From an uncultured Pelagibacteraceae bacterium (GTDB lineage Bacteria; Pseudomonadota; Alphaproteobacteria; Pelagibacterales; Pelagibacteraceae): a stretch of 45,850 nucleotides of DNA. This document shows, piece after piece, positions 34,389 to 45,850 of this stretch. Each line of letters begins with the position of its first letter. The stretch's first letter is position 1. The stretch spans positions 1 to 45,850 of the forward strand of contig CABXTO010000001.1 of NCBI GenBank assembly GCA_902515195.1, given 5' to 3'. The notes below the pieces were generated by a model. That model searched no databases. It was not told where the DNA came from and saw only the letters and a list, made by a program, of their open reading frames with translations. A program made the translations under genes and the position numbers.

Positions 34389-34780
34389 TGAGTGAAGAAT
34401 TTAAAGTTGAAATAGTAAATCCTGAAAAATCTTTTTTAACTAAAGAAGATGTTACAGAAGTTGTTGTTCCAGCATTTGAAGGTGAAATGGGAATATTAAA
34501 AGATCACATATCAATTATTTCTTTTTTAAAACCAGGGATTGTAAAAATTATATCAAAAGCAGGCAATGAGAATTATTTTGTCGAAGATGGAATTGTTGAA
34601 TTTAAAAATAATAACTTATCAATATTAACAAGTTCAATTTTTAATCTTTCTGAGATAGATAAAACAAAACAACAAGAATTGCTTAAATTAGCAGAAGAAG
34701 AATCAATCAAGCCTAAAATAAACGATCAAGCTAAATACCTTATTGATCAAAAAATAGAGGTATTAAAATCTCTTAATTAA
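34388..34780 (+). CDS. atpC: ATP synthase F1 epsilon subunit
   Basis: VEIVNPEK, EGEMGILKDH, LKPG; follows atpD. Confidence 0.93.
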
Positions 34781-35249
34781 TAATTTTTTTTATTTTATCT
34801 TTAAGATTTTTATAAACATGTAGTTTGAAATCTACTACGACACTAGTAAGATGATCAATATCAATCCATTTCCAATCTAAAAATTCTGGATGTTTGGTTT
34901 TAATGTTAATTTCTTTATCTTCACCAATGAATCTCATCAAAAACCATTTTTGTTTTTGACCTTTATATTTACCTTTCCAAATAATACCTAATAAGTGATC
35001 AGGAAGTTCATAAGTTATTGTATCATCGAATTCTTTAATTAATTTTACATTTTTTATACTTGTTTCTTCTTCTAACTCTCTATATGCAGCATCAAGGAAA
35101 TCTTCACCTTCATCAACACCACCCTGAGGCATTTGCCAAAAATTTTTGGGATTATCAATTCTTTTTGCTACAAAAACCTTATTTTCTTTATTTAAGACAA
35201 CGATACCAACTCCACTCCTTAGAGGCAGATTTTTAAATTTTTCCTCCAT
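34773..35249 (-). CDS. rppH: RNA pyrophosphohydrolase (Nudix)
   Basis: WQMPQGGVDEGEDFLDAAYRELEEET Nudix box, YKGQKQKWF, PEF..WKW, VDFK; start 35249 (alternative 35258). Confidence 0.93.
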   Translation of the reverse strand: MEEKFKNLPLRSGVGIVVLNKENKVFVAKRIDNPKNFWQMPQGGVDEGEDFLDAAYRELEEETSIKNVKLIKEFDDTITYELPDHLLGIIWKGKYKGQKQKWFLMRFIGEDKEINIKTKHPEFLDWKWIDIDHLTSVVVDFKLHVYKNLKDKIKKIIN

Positions 35250-35250
35250 T

Positions 35251-36390
35251 TCAACCATTTAGTAATTCGATGGCATAATTTAATTGGTTGTCAGTTTCAG
35301 TTTTAATTCTAAAATTATCATTTTCTTCAAAAATCTCAATATCAGGTGAGACTCCAACTTCAGAAATTGATTTACCTGATGGAAGGTAATATTTTGCAAC
35401 TGTTAATCTGATTGCTCCACTATTTTTTAAAGGGATTATTGATTGCACAGACCCTTTACCATAACTATTTTCGCCTAATAAAATTGCTCTTTTGTGATCT
35501 TTTAGAGCTCCAGCAACTATCTCTGACGCAGAAGCCGAACCATAATTAATTAAAACGATTAATGTTTTTCCATTAGTCAAATCTCCTTTTTTAGCAAACC
35601 ATTTTCTGTTTTCTGAAGATTTTCGACTTTTAGTAGACACTATTTCACCAGAGTCTAAAAAAAAGTCAGAAATCTTTACTGCCTGAGATAACAATCCCCC
35701 TGGGTTGTTTCTAAGATCCAAAATATAACTTTTTACTTCTTCATTACTTTCAAGTTCTTGTACTTTTTTTTTAATTTGAGCTGCACTATTTTCATTAAAT
35801 GAAGTTAATCTGATATATCCAATATTTTTTTTTAAAAGATCAGCCTTAACTGATCTAATTTGAATAACTTCTCTTATTATATTAAAAATAAGGGCTTTTT
35901 TTTCTCCACTCCTTCGCACTGTTAGTTCGATCCCAGATCCAACTGGTCCTCTCATTAAATCTACTGCTTCACTTAAGGATTTTCCTTGTACTTGAATATC
36001 ATTAATTTTAACAATATAGTCGCCAGCTTTTATACCTGCTTTTGATGCAGGTGTATCATCAATAGGTGATATAACCTTAACTACACCTGCCTCCATACTA
36101 ACTTCAATACCAAGTCCACCAAATTCTCCACTGGTCTCAGTTTGCATTTCGTTAAACACTTCTGGTGTCATGTAAGCAGAGTATGGATCTAAAGATTGAA
36201 GGAGACCATTTATTGCCGAGTCCATACTTTCAGATTGATCGATTTCATCCACATACTCTTTATTAATTTTTTCAAGAACTTCTCCGAATAGATCAATTTT
36301 TTTATAAATATCTTTGTCAGATGAATGAGATTCATGATTAAAAATAATCAAAAATAGTAATATCAAAAATTTGAAATTCTTTTTGATCAT
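35251..36390 (-). CDS. ctpA: S41A carboxyl-terminal processing protease with PDZ domain and N-terminal signal/TM segment
   Basis: LDPYSAY, GEFGGLGIEV, DLRNNPGGLL, SASASEIVAGAL, GKGSVQ. Confidence 0.92.
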   Translation of the reverse strand: MIKKNFKFLILLFLIIFNHESHSSDKDIYKKIDLFGEVLEKINKEYVDEIDQSESMDSAINGLLQSLDPYSAYMTPEVFNEMQTETSGEFGGLGIEVSMEAGVVKVISPIDDTPASKAGIKAGDYIVKINDIQVQGKSLSEAVDLMRGPVGSGIELTVRRSGEKKALIFNIIREVIQIRSVKADLLKKNIGYIRLTSFNENSAAQIKKKVQELESNEEVKSYILDLRNNPGGLLSQAVKISDFFLDSGEIVSTKSRKSSENRKWFAKKGDLTNGKTLIVLINYGSASASEIVAGALKDHKRAILLGENSYGKGSVQSIIPLKNSGAIRLTVAKYYLPSGKSISEVGVSPDIEIFEENDNFRIKTETDNQLNYAIELLNG

Positions 36391-36737
36391 ATAATCAATT
36401 TTTCTTTTGGTATAAGTTCAGACCACATTTTTTCAAGTTCATAAAATTTTCTCTTTTCGGGATGAAAGATATGAATAATTAAATCAATTCCGTCTACTAA
36501 CTTCCATTCATTACTATCTTTCCCCTCAATTCTTGAATCTTTAATACCATTATCTTTAAGTTTTTCTAATATTTGTTCTGACAAAGATTGTATATGTCTT
36601 GAGGAAGTTCCACTAGCAATTATCATATAATCTGCCATTGAACTTTTGTCTTTAAGATCAATACTAACTATGTTCTGTGCTTTATTATTATCAAGAGTTT
36701 TTATTACTATTTGTTTTAAATTTGAAATTTTATCCAT
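36387..36737 (-). CDS. rsfS: Ribosome silencing factor (Iojap/RsfS)
   Basis: LDNNKAQNIV, IASGTSSRH, WKLVD, HIF...RKFYELEKMW; next to nadD. Confidence 0.95.
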   Translation of the reverse strand: MDKISNLKQIVIKTLDNNKAQNIVSIDLKDKSSMADYMIIASGTSSRHIQSLSEQILEKLKDNGIKDSRIEGKDSNEWKLVDGIDLIIHIFHPEKRKFYELEKMWSELIPKEKLII

Positions 36738-36754
36738 TAATTAAATTAAGATTA

Positions 36755-37276
36755 TCAAATTTTTCTTAATTGAGAAGATGAAATATTGACCTTATTAAAC
36801 TCTATAAATTTCAAATTTTTCTTGTTTAGTCTTTTAAATGTTGCTGAATTTAATGATTTTTTTTTGTACCCGTGTCGATCAAAAACAATAATATTGCATT
36901 TTTGTGAAATAGACTTCCATTGATGCCATTTGTGAAAATTAATTAAGTTATCAGCTCCCATCAAAAAATAAATTTCGCTTTTTTTTGACTTAGTAATATA
37001 ATTAATCAAATGAATAGTTTTATTTGATTTAATTTTATCTTCATAAAATTTTATCTTAATATAAGTATTTTTTCCTATAATTTTTTTACAATATTTTATT
37101 CTTGATGAAAGGTTTAATTTACTTTTTTTTTTAAACGGATTTTTTTTTGTAATTGCCCATATAACTTTTTTAAGTTTTAATTTCTTAATTGCCTCTTTAG
37201 ATATAGCTAAGTGTCCTTTATGAGCTGGATCAAAAGAACCTCCAAGAATTCCAATTTTATTTTTTTTTGAAGACAA
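36755..37276 (-). CDS. nadD: Nicotinate-nucleotide adenylyltransferase
   Basis: GGSFDPAHKGH, MGADNLINFHKW, ISSSQLR. Confidence 0.94.
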   Translation of the reverse strand: MSSKKNKIGILGGSFDPAHKGHLAISKEAIKKLKLKKVIWAITKKNPFKKKSKLNLSSRIKYCKKIIGKNTYIKIKFYEDKIKSNKTIHLINYITKSKKSEIYFLMGADNLINFHKWHQWKSISQKCNIIVFDRHGYKKKSLNSATFKRLNKKNLKFIEFNKVNISSSQLRKI

Positions 37277-37277
37277 G

Positions 37278-38527
37278 TTATTTCCTTATTTTACCATTAC
37301 TAGTGATCTTGTACTTATATGAAACAAGTTGATTTAAACCAACAGGGCCACGTGGTGGGAGCATATTTGTTGAAATTCCAACCTCACCACCAAAACCAAA
37401 TTCTCCACCATCAGCAAATTGTGTGGAAGTATTTAGCATTGCAATTGAGCTTTTTACCTCATTTAAAAATTTTTTCGCAGATTTTTTATTTTGTGTAATT
37501 ATACAATCTGTATGCATTGTTCCATATTTGTTGATGTGCATTATTGCTTCATCTAAATTTTTGACCGATTTAATTGAGACAGTTGGAGACAAATATTCTT
37601 TAGACCAATCTTTGTTTGTGGCTGCTATTATCTTTTTATCATAAAAGAACCTTATCTTTTTATCTCCTATAATTTTACAACCATTATCTTCTAAATTTTT
37701 TATAATTGAATTACCAAATTTTTTAATAATTTTTTCATGAAATAAAATTGTTTCAGTTGCACCACAAATCGCTGTATTTCTTAATTTTGCATTGTAGACC
37801 AATCTTTTTGCTATTCTTGGATTTGCATCTTTATCAACATACGTATGACAAACGCCCTCTAAATGACCTATAGTAGGAACTGTTGATAAATTTTGAATTT
37901 TTTTTACTAAGCTTTTACCTCCTCTTGGAATAATTACATCTATAAATTTTGTCATTTTAGTTAAAAGAAAATCAACTACATTTCTTTTTTTAATAGGAAT
38001 AAATTGAACAAAATTTTCATCTACTTTATTTTTTTTTAAAGATTTTCTGAATAACCTTGAAAGTATTTGATTTGAAAAAAATGCCTCAGAGCCTCCTTTT
38101 AAAATTACACAGTTTCCAGATTTAAAACAAAGAGCAGCAACATCAGAAGTAACATTGGGGCGACTTTCATAAATAACCGCTATTATTCCTATAGGTATAG
38201 AAATTTTTGATATATTTAAACCATTAGGTCTTTTCCATTTTTCTAAAACAATATTAGTTGGATCTTTAAGTTTAATAATTTTTTTAATTGAATTGATTAT
38301 ATTAAAAATTTTATCTTCACTTAAAATAAGTCTATTTATAAGATTTTCCGCTAATTTTTTTTCAGTCGCTTTTTTTATATCTTTTTTATTTTCTCTAATT
38401 ATCAATTCTTTATTTTTCTCTATTAATTGACAGTAATCTTCTAAAACTTTGTCTTTTACTTTAGAATTTATTGAGGAAAAAAAAGCCTTTTTTGATCTTC
38501 TACCCATATTGAATAATAAATCTCTCA

Positions 38528-38528
<1 letters not shown>
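37278..38528 (-). CDS. proA: Gamma-glutamyl phosphate reductase
   Basis: IYESRPNVT, LKGGSEA, IPRGG, CGATET, STQFADGGEFGFGGEVGIST, RGPVGL. Confidence 0.97.
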
Positions 38529-40635
<2,107 letters not shown>

Positions 40636-40890
40636 TTAATTGGGTTTTACTGAAACAAAAGTTCTATCTGACTTAGTCTTTTTAAAAACTACTTTACCTT
40701 TCACTACTGAAAAAATTGAGTGATCTTTACCCATACCCACGTTTTCACCAGGAAATATTTTTGTACCTCTTTGTCTAACAATGATATTGCCAGGTATGAC
40801 AGTTTCACCACCATATTTCTTTACACCAAGTCTACGACCAGCACTATCTCTACCGTTTCTCGATGAACCACCTGCTTTTTTTGTTGCCAT
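40636..40890 (-). CDS. rpmA: 50S ribosomal protein L27
   Basis: [26 protein letters not shown]. Confidence 0.98.
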   Translation of the reverse strand: MATKKAGGSSRNGRDSAGRRLGVKKYGGETVIPGNIIVRQRGTKIFPGENVGMGKDHSIFSVVKGKVVFKKTKSDRTFVSVKPN

Positions 40891-40903
40891 AATATATATT
40901 TAG

Positions 40904-41302
40904 TTACTTACTTGCCTCTTTTTTTGGTACTTCCTTTTTTGAAGGTTTAGCTATTTTTTCAGCTTCTGATAAAATTTTACCATCTTTTGAAAAAATTTTA
41001 TTAATTCTTATCATAGAATATTCTTGTCTGTGACCATTTTTTCTTCTTGAATTTTGTCTTCTTCTTTTCTTAAAAACTAAAATAGTTCTATTTTTACTAT
41101 TTTTAATTAAATTTGCTTCTACTTTTGCACCCTTGACAGTTGGTGTTCCAATCTCAATTATTTTGTTATCACCGTAAGCTAAGATTTCTTTAAATTCAAT
41201 ATTAGTAGCAGGTTTTGAGTCTGGAAGTTTTTCAACTTTAATTATATCTCCAGATTTTACTTTATACTGTTTTCCACCTGTTTGTATTACTGCGTATGAC
41301 AT
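40904..41302 (-). CDS. rplU: 50S ribosomal protein L21 with basic C-terminal extension
   Basis: YAVIQTGGKQYKV, GHRQ; ATG at 41302 (the ORF track's TTG at 41353 falls in the promoter). Confidence 0.97.
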   Translation of the reverse strand: MSYAVIQTGGKQYKVKSGDIIKVEKLPDSKPATNIEFKEILAYGDNKIIEIGTPTVKGAKVEANLIKNSKNRTILVFKKRRRQNSRRKNGHRQEYSMIRINKIFSKDGKILSEAEKIAKPSKKEVPKKEASK

Positions 41303-41325
41303 AATATAATTTTTTTTGTAGTCGC

Positions 41326-41353
41326 AATATAGTCTGAGGAAGGTTTTAGTCAA
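41326..41353 (-). promoter_or_regulatory. Putative sigma70 promoter of the rplU-rpmA-obgE operon
   Basis: TTGACT (41353-41348), 16 nt, TATATT (41331-41326); resembles the alphaproteobacterial CTTGAC...CTATAT pattern. Confidence 0.65.
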
Positions 41354-41363
41354 GCTCTATGAG

Positions 41364-42083
41364 CTAAAAATTATCCTTTAAATCTCTTAATTTTGAAAAT
41401 GTTTGAATATCTTCAGCTTTAAGAAATATATTACACAGCATTTCTTCACTTAAAACAGTTGGAACAGTTGGTAGCCCATTTTTAAGTTTTTCTTTAATTT
41501 TAGTAATTTTATTTTTAAGCTGCAAATTATCAGAGTCATAGGTTAAACAAAAATTTGAGTTTTGAAGTGTATATTCATGCCCACAATAAATTTCAGTATC
41601 TTTTGGAAGTGCTTTGATTTTTTTTAATGAATTAAACATTTGCTCATATGTTCCCTCAAAAATTCTTCCACAACCTAAAGAAAATAGAGTATCACCAGTA
41701 AAAATTTTTTTTTCTTTAAAAAAGTGAAAAGCAATATGCCCATTTGTATGGCCTGGTATATGAAAAATTTTTGCTTCAAAATTATCTTTTTTCCAAATTT
41801 TTTGATCATCTACCAAAGTATCAATTTCAGGAATACGATTTTTATCTCCTCTAAATCCAATCACCTCTGCATGGTATTTTTCTTTTAATTCCATATTACC
41901 ACCCACATGGTCAAAATGATGATGAGTATTGAGAATATATTTAAGATTAATCTTATTACTTTCAACAAAATCTACTATTGGTTTTGCTTCACTAGGATCT
42001 ACTACACAAGCATTCATACTAGCTTCATCAATTATTAAATAACTGTAATTGTCTTGTAAGCATTTAATTATCTTAATTTTCAT
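41364..42083 (-). CDS. gloB: Hydroxyacylglutathione hydrolase (glyoxalase II)
   Basis: DNYSYLI, THHHFDHVGGN, PGHTNGH, FTGDTLFSLGCGR, CGHEYT, LRDLKDNF; ATG at 42083. Confidence 0.95.
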   Translation of the reverse strand: MKIKIIKCLQDNYSYLIIDEASMNACVVDPSEAKPIVDFVESNKINLKYILNTHHHFDHVGGNMELKEKYHAEVIGFRGDKNRIPEIDTLVDDQKIWKKDNFEAKIFHIPGHTNGHIAFHFFKEKKIFTGDTLFSLGCGRIFEGTYEQMFNSLKKIKALPKDTEIYCGHEYTLQNSNFCLTYDSDNLQLKNKITKIKEKLKNGLPTVPTVLSEEMLCNIFLKAEDIQTFSKLRDLKDNF

Positions 42084-42084
42084 C

Positions 42085-42681
42085 TTATTTTTCAATTAAA
42101 AAAATACCAAGTTCACAGACTAAGTTTTTTAAGAAAAGATTTGAACTATTAATAGTTGAAACATTTTTATTCATAAGTGCGAAAGATTTAAAAATTTTAA
42201 AATTCATTGTTTTAGAAAATTTAAAAAAATCCTTAATTGTACACATGTGTATATTTGGTGTGTTATACCAGTTATTTGGTAAAGTTTTAGTAACAGGCAT
42301 TGTTCCTTGTATTAATAAATTTAATCTTACTTTCCAGTGACCAAAGTTTGGAATTGTTACTATAGCTTTTTTCCCAACTCTTAAGAGTTCATTAAGAACA
42401 ATTTCTGGATTTATGAAAGCTTGTAAAGTTTGTCCTAATACAACGTAATCAAAAGATTTATCTGGAAATTGTTTTAAATCAAATTCAGCATCACCTTCAA
42501 TAACAGTTAACCCCTTAGAAATACAGGTCTGAACTTTCTCTTTTGAAATTTCGATGCCCCTAATATCTACATCGTTGTTTTTTTTTAAAAACTCCATGAG
42601 CGATCCATCATCACACCCTACATCTAAAACTCTAGTCTTTTCTGAGATAATATCAGCAATTATTTTATACTCTGATTTCAT
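42085..42681 (-). CDS. metW: Methionine biosynthesis protein MetW (SAM-dependent methyltransferase fold)
   Basis: [35 protein letters not shown]; coupled to metX. Confidence 0.93.
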   Translation of the reverse strand: MKSEYKIIADIISEKTRVLDVGCDDGSLMEFLKKNNDVDIRGIEISKEKVQTCISKGLTVIEGDAEFDLKQFPDKSFDYVVLGQTLQAFINPEIVLNELLRVGKKAIVTIPNFGHWKVRLNLLIQGTMPVTKTLPNNWYNTPNIHMCTIKDFFKFSKTMNFKIFKSFALMNKNVSTINSSNLFLKNLVCELGIFLIEK

Positions 42682-43802
42682 ATTTTAAGTTCATCATATG
42701 ATTTATCTAAAAAATTTTTAAGCACATTTAAAAAATCAGGAACATCTAATAAAAAAGAGTCATGACCTTTATCAGACTCTATTTCTACGAAACCTACATT
42801 TGCACCTATAGCATTTAAAGCAATAACTATGTCCTTATTTTCCTGGGTAGGGTACAGCCAATCTGATGTAAAAGATATTACAAAAAATTTAGCTTTTGTT
42901 TTTTTGAATGCATTAGATAAATTTCCATTAAATTGTTTTACTAAATCAAAGTAATCCATTGCTCTAGTGATATAAAGATAACTGTTAGCATCAAAACGAT
43001 CTACAAATACAGAACCTTGATATCTTAAATAACTTTCAATTTGAAAATCAGCATCAAATCCAAATTTGAGATCATCTCTTTCTTGAAGTTTTCTACCAAA
43101 TTTCTCTTGAAGGCCTTTTTTAGATAAATAAGTAATATGTGCAGCCATCCTAGCAACCGCCAGACCTTTATCAGGAACAGTTTTTTTAGTTAAATATTTT
43201 CCATCCATCCAATTATGATCTGCTGTAATAGCTTGTCGACCAAGTTCATTGAAAGCAATATTTTGTGCTGAATGACTAGACGTACAAGCTATAGGTACAG
43301 CCGTCATTGCTTTTTCGGGAAAGTTACTTACAAATTGTAAAACTTGCATTCCACCCATAGATCCTCCAACAACAGAAAAAAGTTTTTCAATCCCAAAATG
43401 ATCTAATAAGTTTACTTGAGCGTTTACAATATCATTAATTGTAATTACTGGAAAATCTACTCCATATACTGTGTTTGTTTTTTGATTAATATGACTTGGA
43501 CCAAAAGAACCCATACACCCTCCAATTACATTTGCACAAATTACAAAATATTTATTTGTATCAATAGATTTATTTGGGCCTACAGCATAGGACCACCAGC
43601 CTTCTTTTTTAGTGATTGGATTTAAACCAGTTACGAATTGATCACCAGTCAATGCATGACATACTAAAATTGCATTATCTTTATTTTCATTAAGAGAGCC
43701 ATATGTTTCATAGGCTATCGGAAAGTCATTTATAATTTGACCACAATCCAATTTTAAGGGCTTTTTAACTATTAGAGTTTTTATATTTTCTTTAATATTC
43801 AT
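42678..43802 (-). CDS. metX: Homoserine O-acyl(acetyl)transferase MetX
   Basis: [44 protein letters not shown]. Confidence 0.96.
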   Translation of the reverse strand: MNIKENIKTLIVKKPLKLDCGQIINDFPIAYETYGSLNENKDNAILVCHALTGDQFVTGLNPITKKEGWWSYAVGPNKSIDTNKYFVICANVIGGCMGSFGPSHINQKTNTVYGVDFPVITINDIVNAQVNLLDHFGIEKLFSVVGGSMGGMQVLQFVSNFPEKAMTAVPIACTSSHSAQNIAFNELGRQAITADHNWMDGKYLTKKTVPDKGLAVARMAAHITYLSKKGLQEKFGRKLQERDDLKFGFDADFQIESYLRYQGSVFVDRFDANSYLYITRAMDYFDLVKQFNGNLSNAFKKTKAKFFVISFTSDWLYPTQENKDIVIALNAIGANVGFVEIESDKGHDSFLLDVPDFLNVLKNFLDKSYDELKI

Positions 43803-43835
43803 AGCAAAGGCTAAAATCTGAATTGGGAGAAAAAA

Positions 43836-43888
43836 AACTTTTTTAGCGGTTTTTTTAAAGCGCTCGCAATTCAGTTAAATCAGCGCAC
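43836..43888 (-). ncRNA. SAM-II riboswitch aptamer (SAM_alpha class) in the metX leader
   Basis: GUGCGCUGAUUUAACUGAAUUGCGAGCGCUUUAAAAAAACCGCUAAAAAAGUU: P1 GCGCU/AGCGC, GAUUU loop, P2b UUGC/GC(U)AA, P2a AACU/AGUU. Closely resembles the marine metX SAM-II aptamer as I recall it. Confidence 0.93.
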
Positions 43889-43892
43889 AAAT

Positions 43893-43921
43893 TTTGTACT
43901 AGAAGTTATTTAGTATGTCAA
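43893..43921 (-). promoter_or_regulatory. Putative sigma70 promoter of SAM-II-metX-metW-gloB
   Basis: TTGACA (43921-43916), 17 nt, TACAAA (43898-43893); predicted start near 43886, at the 5' edge of P1. Confidence 0.6.
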
Positions 43922-43994
43922 TTTTAAAAATACCTGAACTAATTCTATATGAAAAATTGTTATTTTATTTATAAAGGGGCTTAAATTTATAAAA

Positions 43995-45080
43995 ATGACA
44001 ACTTTAAAATTTAAAAAATTTAATATCGAGGCATACAAACCAGGGAAATCGAGCATAAAAAGACTAAAGAAAATTATAAAACTTTCTGCAAATGAGTCAG
44101 CACTTGGGGTAAGTGTAAAAGTTAAAAAAACAATTTCTAATAAAAGTATAAATTTTTTTAAATATCCTGACGGTAAGTCAAAAGAATTGAGAAAACAGAT
44201 TTCTAAAAAGTTTAATTGTGAAAAAGAAAAAGTTATTTGTGGAGCTGGTTCTGATGAAGTTATTCAAATGTTGTGTCAACTCTTTTTAAAACCAAAAGAT
44301 GAGGTAATTGTCCCACAATTTAGTTTTTTAATGTATAGAATATATGCAAAAATAGTTGGTGCAAATGTCATTTTTGCAAAGGAAAAAAAATTTAAAGTAT
44401 CTGTTTTAGAAATTATTAAAAAAGTTACAAAAAAAACTAAAGTTGTTTTTTTAGCTAATCCAAATAATCCAACTGGAACTTATCTAACTAAATTTGAATT
44501 AATTGAATTAAGAAAAAAATTAAGAAAAAATATTTTACTAGTAATAGATGATGCTTATGCAGAATATATGAAAAATGTCGATTATAAATCTGGTTTAGAT
44601 TTATTTAAAAACAAAGAGAATGTTTTTATATTAAGAACTTTTTCAAAAATTTATGGATTATCATCTTTACGTGTCGGATGGGGATATGGATCAAGAAAAA
44701 TTATTGATGCTCTTAATATCATTAAACCTCCATTTAATGTAAATGAGGTCGCACAAAAAGCAGCTGCAGTATCTCTTAAAGATAATAAATTTATATCCCG
44801 CTCAATTAAACATAATATTTTTTATGCAACAAAATTAAGAGATTTTCTAAAAAAATATGGTATTAGTTCAAACAAAGTTACTGCTAATTTTTTATTATTA
44901 GACTTTGCAAAATGTAAATTTAAGGCCAAATACTTTTATAAAAAATTAAAAGAGAAAGGAATTCTTTTAAGATCTACCGAAGACGGTTATAAGATAAAAA
45001 ATATGTTGAGATTGACTATTGGGTCTAAAAAAGAAAATTTGGAATTTATGAAAGTTACAGAAACTATATTCAAAAAATGA
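43995..45080 (+). CDS. hisC: Histidinol-phosphate aminotransferase
   Basis: KLSANES, YPD, GAGSDE, ANPNNPTG, DDAYAEY, RTFSKIYGLSSLRVGW, RLTIG. Confidence 0.95.
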   Translation: MTTLKFKKFNIEAYKPGKSSIKRLKKIIKLSANESALGVSVKVKKTISNKSINFFKYPDGKSKELRKQISKKFNCEKEKVICGAGSDEVIQMLCQLFLKPKDEVIVPQFSFLMYRIYAKIVGANVIFAKEKKFKVSVLEIIKKVTKKTKVVFLANPNNPTGTYLTKFELIELRKKLRKNILLVIDDAYAEYMKNVDYKSGLDLFKNKENVFILRTFSKIYGLSSLRVGWGYGSRKIIDALNIIKPPFNVNEVAQKAAAVSLKDNKFISRSIKHNIFYATKLRDFLKKYGISSNKVTANFLLLDFAKCKFKAKYFYKKLKEKGILLRSTEDGYKIKNMLRLTIGSKKENLEFMKVTETIFKK

Positions 45081-45850
45081 AAAATGTGTTAATAATTGGA
45101 TGTGGGTTATTAGGCTCTTCTCTAGTAAGAGAAATTTCAAGAAGAAAATTAGGAAAAAAAATATTTATTTATGAAAAATCAAAAACAAATATTTTCAAAA
45201 TAAAGAAATTAAAGTTACCTGGAACAATTATAAAATCATTAAAAGACGGTGTGACTAAATCAGATTTAATTATTTTTTGTACACCAATGAGTGAATACAA
45301 AAAACTTATTTTAAAAATTAATAGTCACATTTCACCAAATACGATGATTACTGATATTGGTTCTTCAAAAATTGAGTCCTCTAAAATTATTAAAAAATTT
45401 TTAAAGAAGGGTATTTATTGGACTCGAAGTCACCCCATAGCAGGTTCAGAGGTAAGTGGACCAGAACATGGAAAACATAATATGTTTGAAGATAAGTGGT
45501 GTGTTTTAATAAAAGATAAAAAAACTAATTTAAAACATTTAAATTTTCTTAACTCTTTTTGGAAAAAATTAGGTTCAAAAACTGTCATTATGAATTCAGA
45601 GAAACATGATAAAATTTTCTCAATTACCAGTCATTTACCACATTTGATTGCTTACAATTTAGTTAAATCGGCTCAAGATTTTGAAAAAATATTAAAATTC
45701 AATTTAATCAAATATAGTGCTGGTGGTTTAAGAGATTTTTCAAGAATAGCAGCCTCAAATGAAATAATGTGGAGAGACATTTTTTTTGATAATAACATTA
45801 ACATTACAAAAGCTATAGATTTGTTTATTAAAAACCTTAAATCTTTCAAA
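45077..45850 (+). CDS. tyrA: Prephenate/arogenate (cyclohexadienyl) dehydrogenase, TyrA family, 3'-truncated by window edge
   Basis: Not in the ORF track (no stop in window). ATG 45077 overlaps the hisC stop: MKNVLIIGCGLLGSSL...TDIGSSK...HPIAGSEVSG...HD...SHLPH...AGGLRDFSRIAASNEIMWRDIF. Confidence 0.92.
   Translation, partial: MKNVLIIGCGLLGSSLVREISRRKLGKKIFIYEKSKTNIFKIKKLKLPGTIIKSLKDGVTKSDLIIFCTPMSEYKKLILKINSHISPNTMITDIGSSKIESSKIIKKFLKKGIYWTRSHPIAGSEVSGPEHGKHNMFEDKWCVLIKDKKTNLKHLNFLNSFWKKLGSKTVIMNSEKHDKIFSITSHLPHLIAYNLVKSAQDFEKILKFNLIKYSAGGLRDFSRIAASNEIMWRDIFFDNNINITKAIDLFIKNLKSFK

Overview
Gene-dense, AT-rich alphaproteobacterial chromosome segment. Gene order and protein style point to a SAR11/Pelagibacterales genome (inference, no search run). 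Plus strand: trmD (5'-truncated)-rplS-leuCDB; a DMSP demethylation cluster (dmdC, dmdB, an uncharacterised alpha/beta hydrolase, dmdA); asd; sdhCDAB; mmsA; mdh-sucCD-sucAB-lpd. Next is a 4-gene minus-strand amino-sugar/glycosyltransferase islet, then priA and atpHAGDC. A minus-strand run follows (metX-metW-gloB, rplU-rpmA-obgE-proB-proA-nadD-rsfS-S41 protease-rppH), headed by a clear SAM-II riboswitch upstream of metX. The window ends with hisC and a 3'-truncated prephenate/cyclohexadienyl dehydrogenase. sdhA and sucD each carry a +1 homopolymer frameshift, probably sequencing error. Most notable observations: (i) both heme-b axial histidines of the SDH anchors are replaced (SdhC His->Gln, SdhD His->Phe; SdhD has no His at all), suggesting a heme-free complex II; (ii) an orphan serine hydrolase is translationally coupled to dmdA in a cluster lacking dmdD; (iii) the SAM-II aptamer has a non-canonical expression platform (no SD in P2a, a U8 tract, a downstream anti-aptamer); (iv) the small glycosylation islet sits between lpd and priA. 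No rRNA, tRNA, CRISPR or mobile element was recognised.
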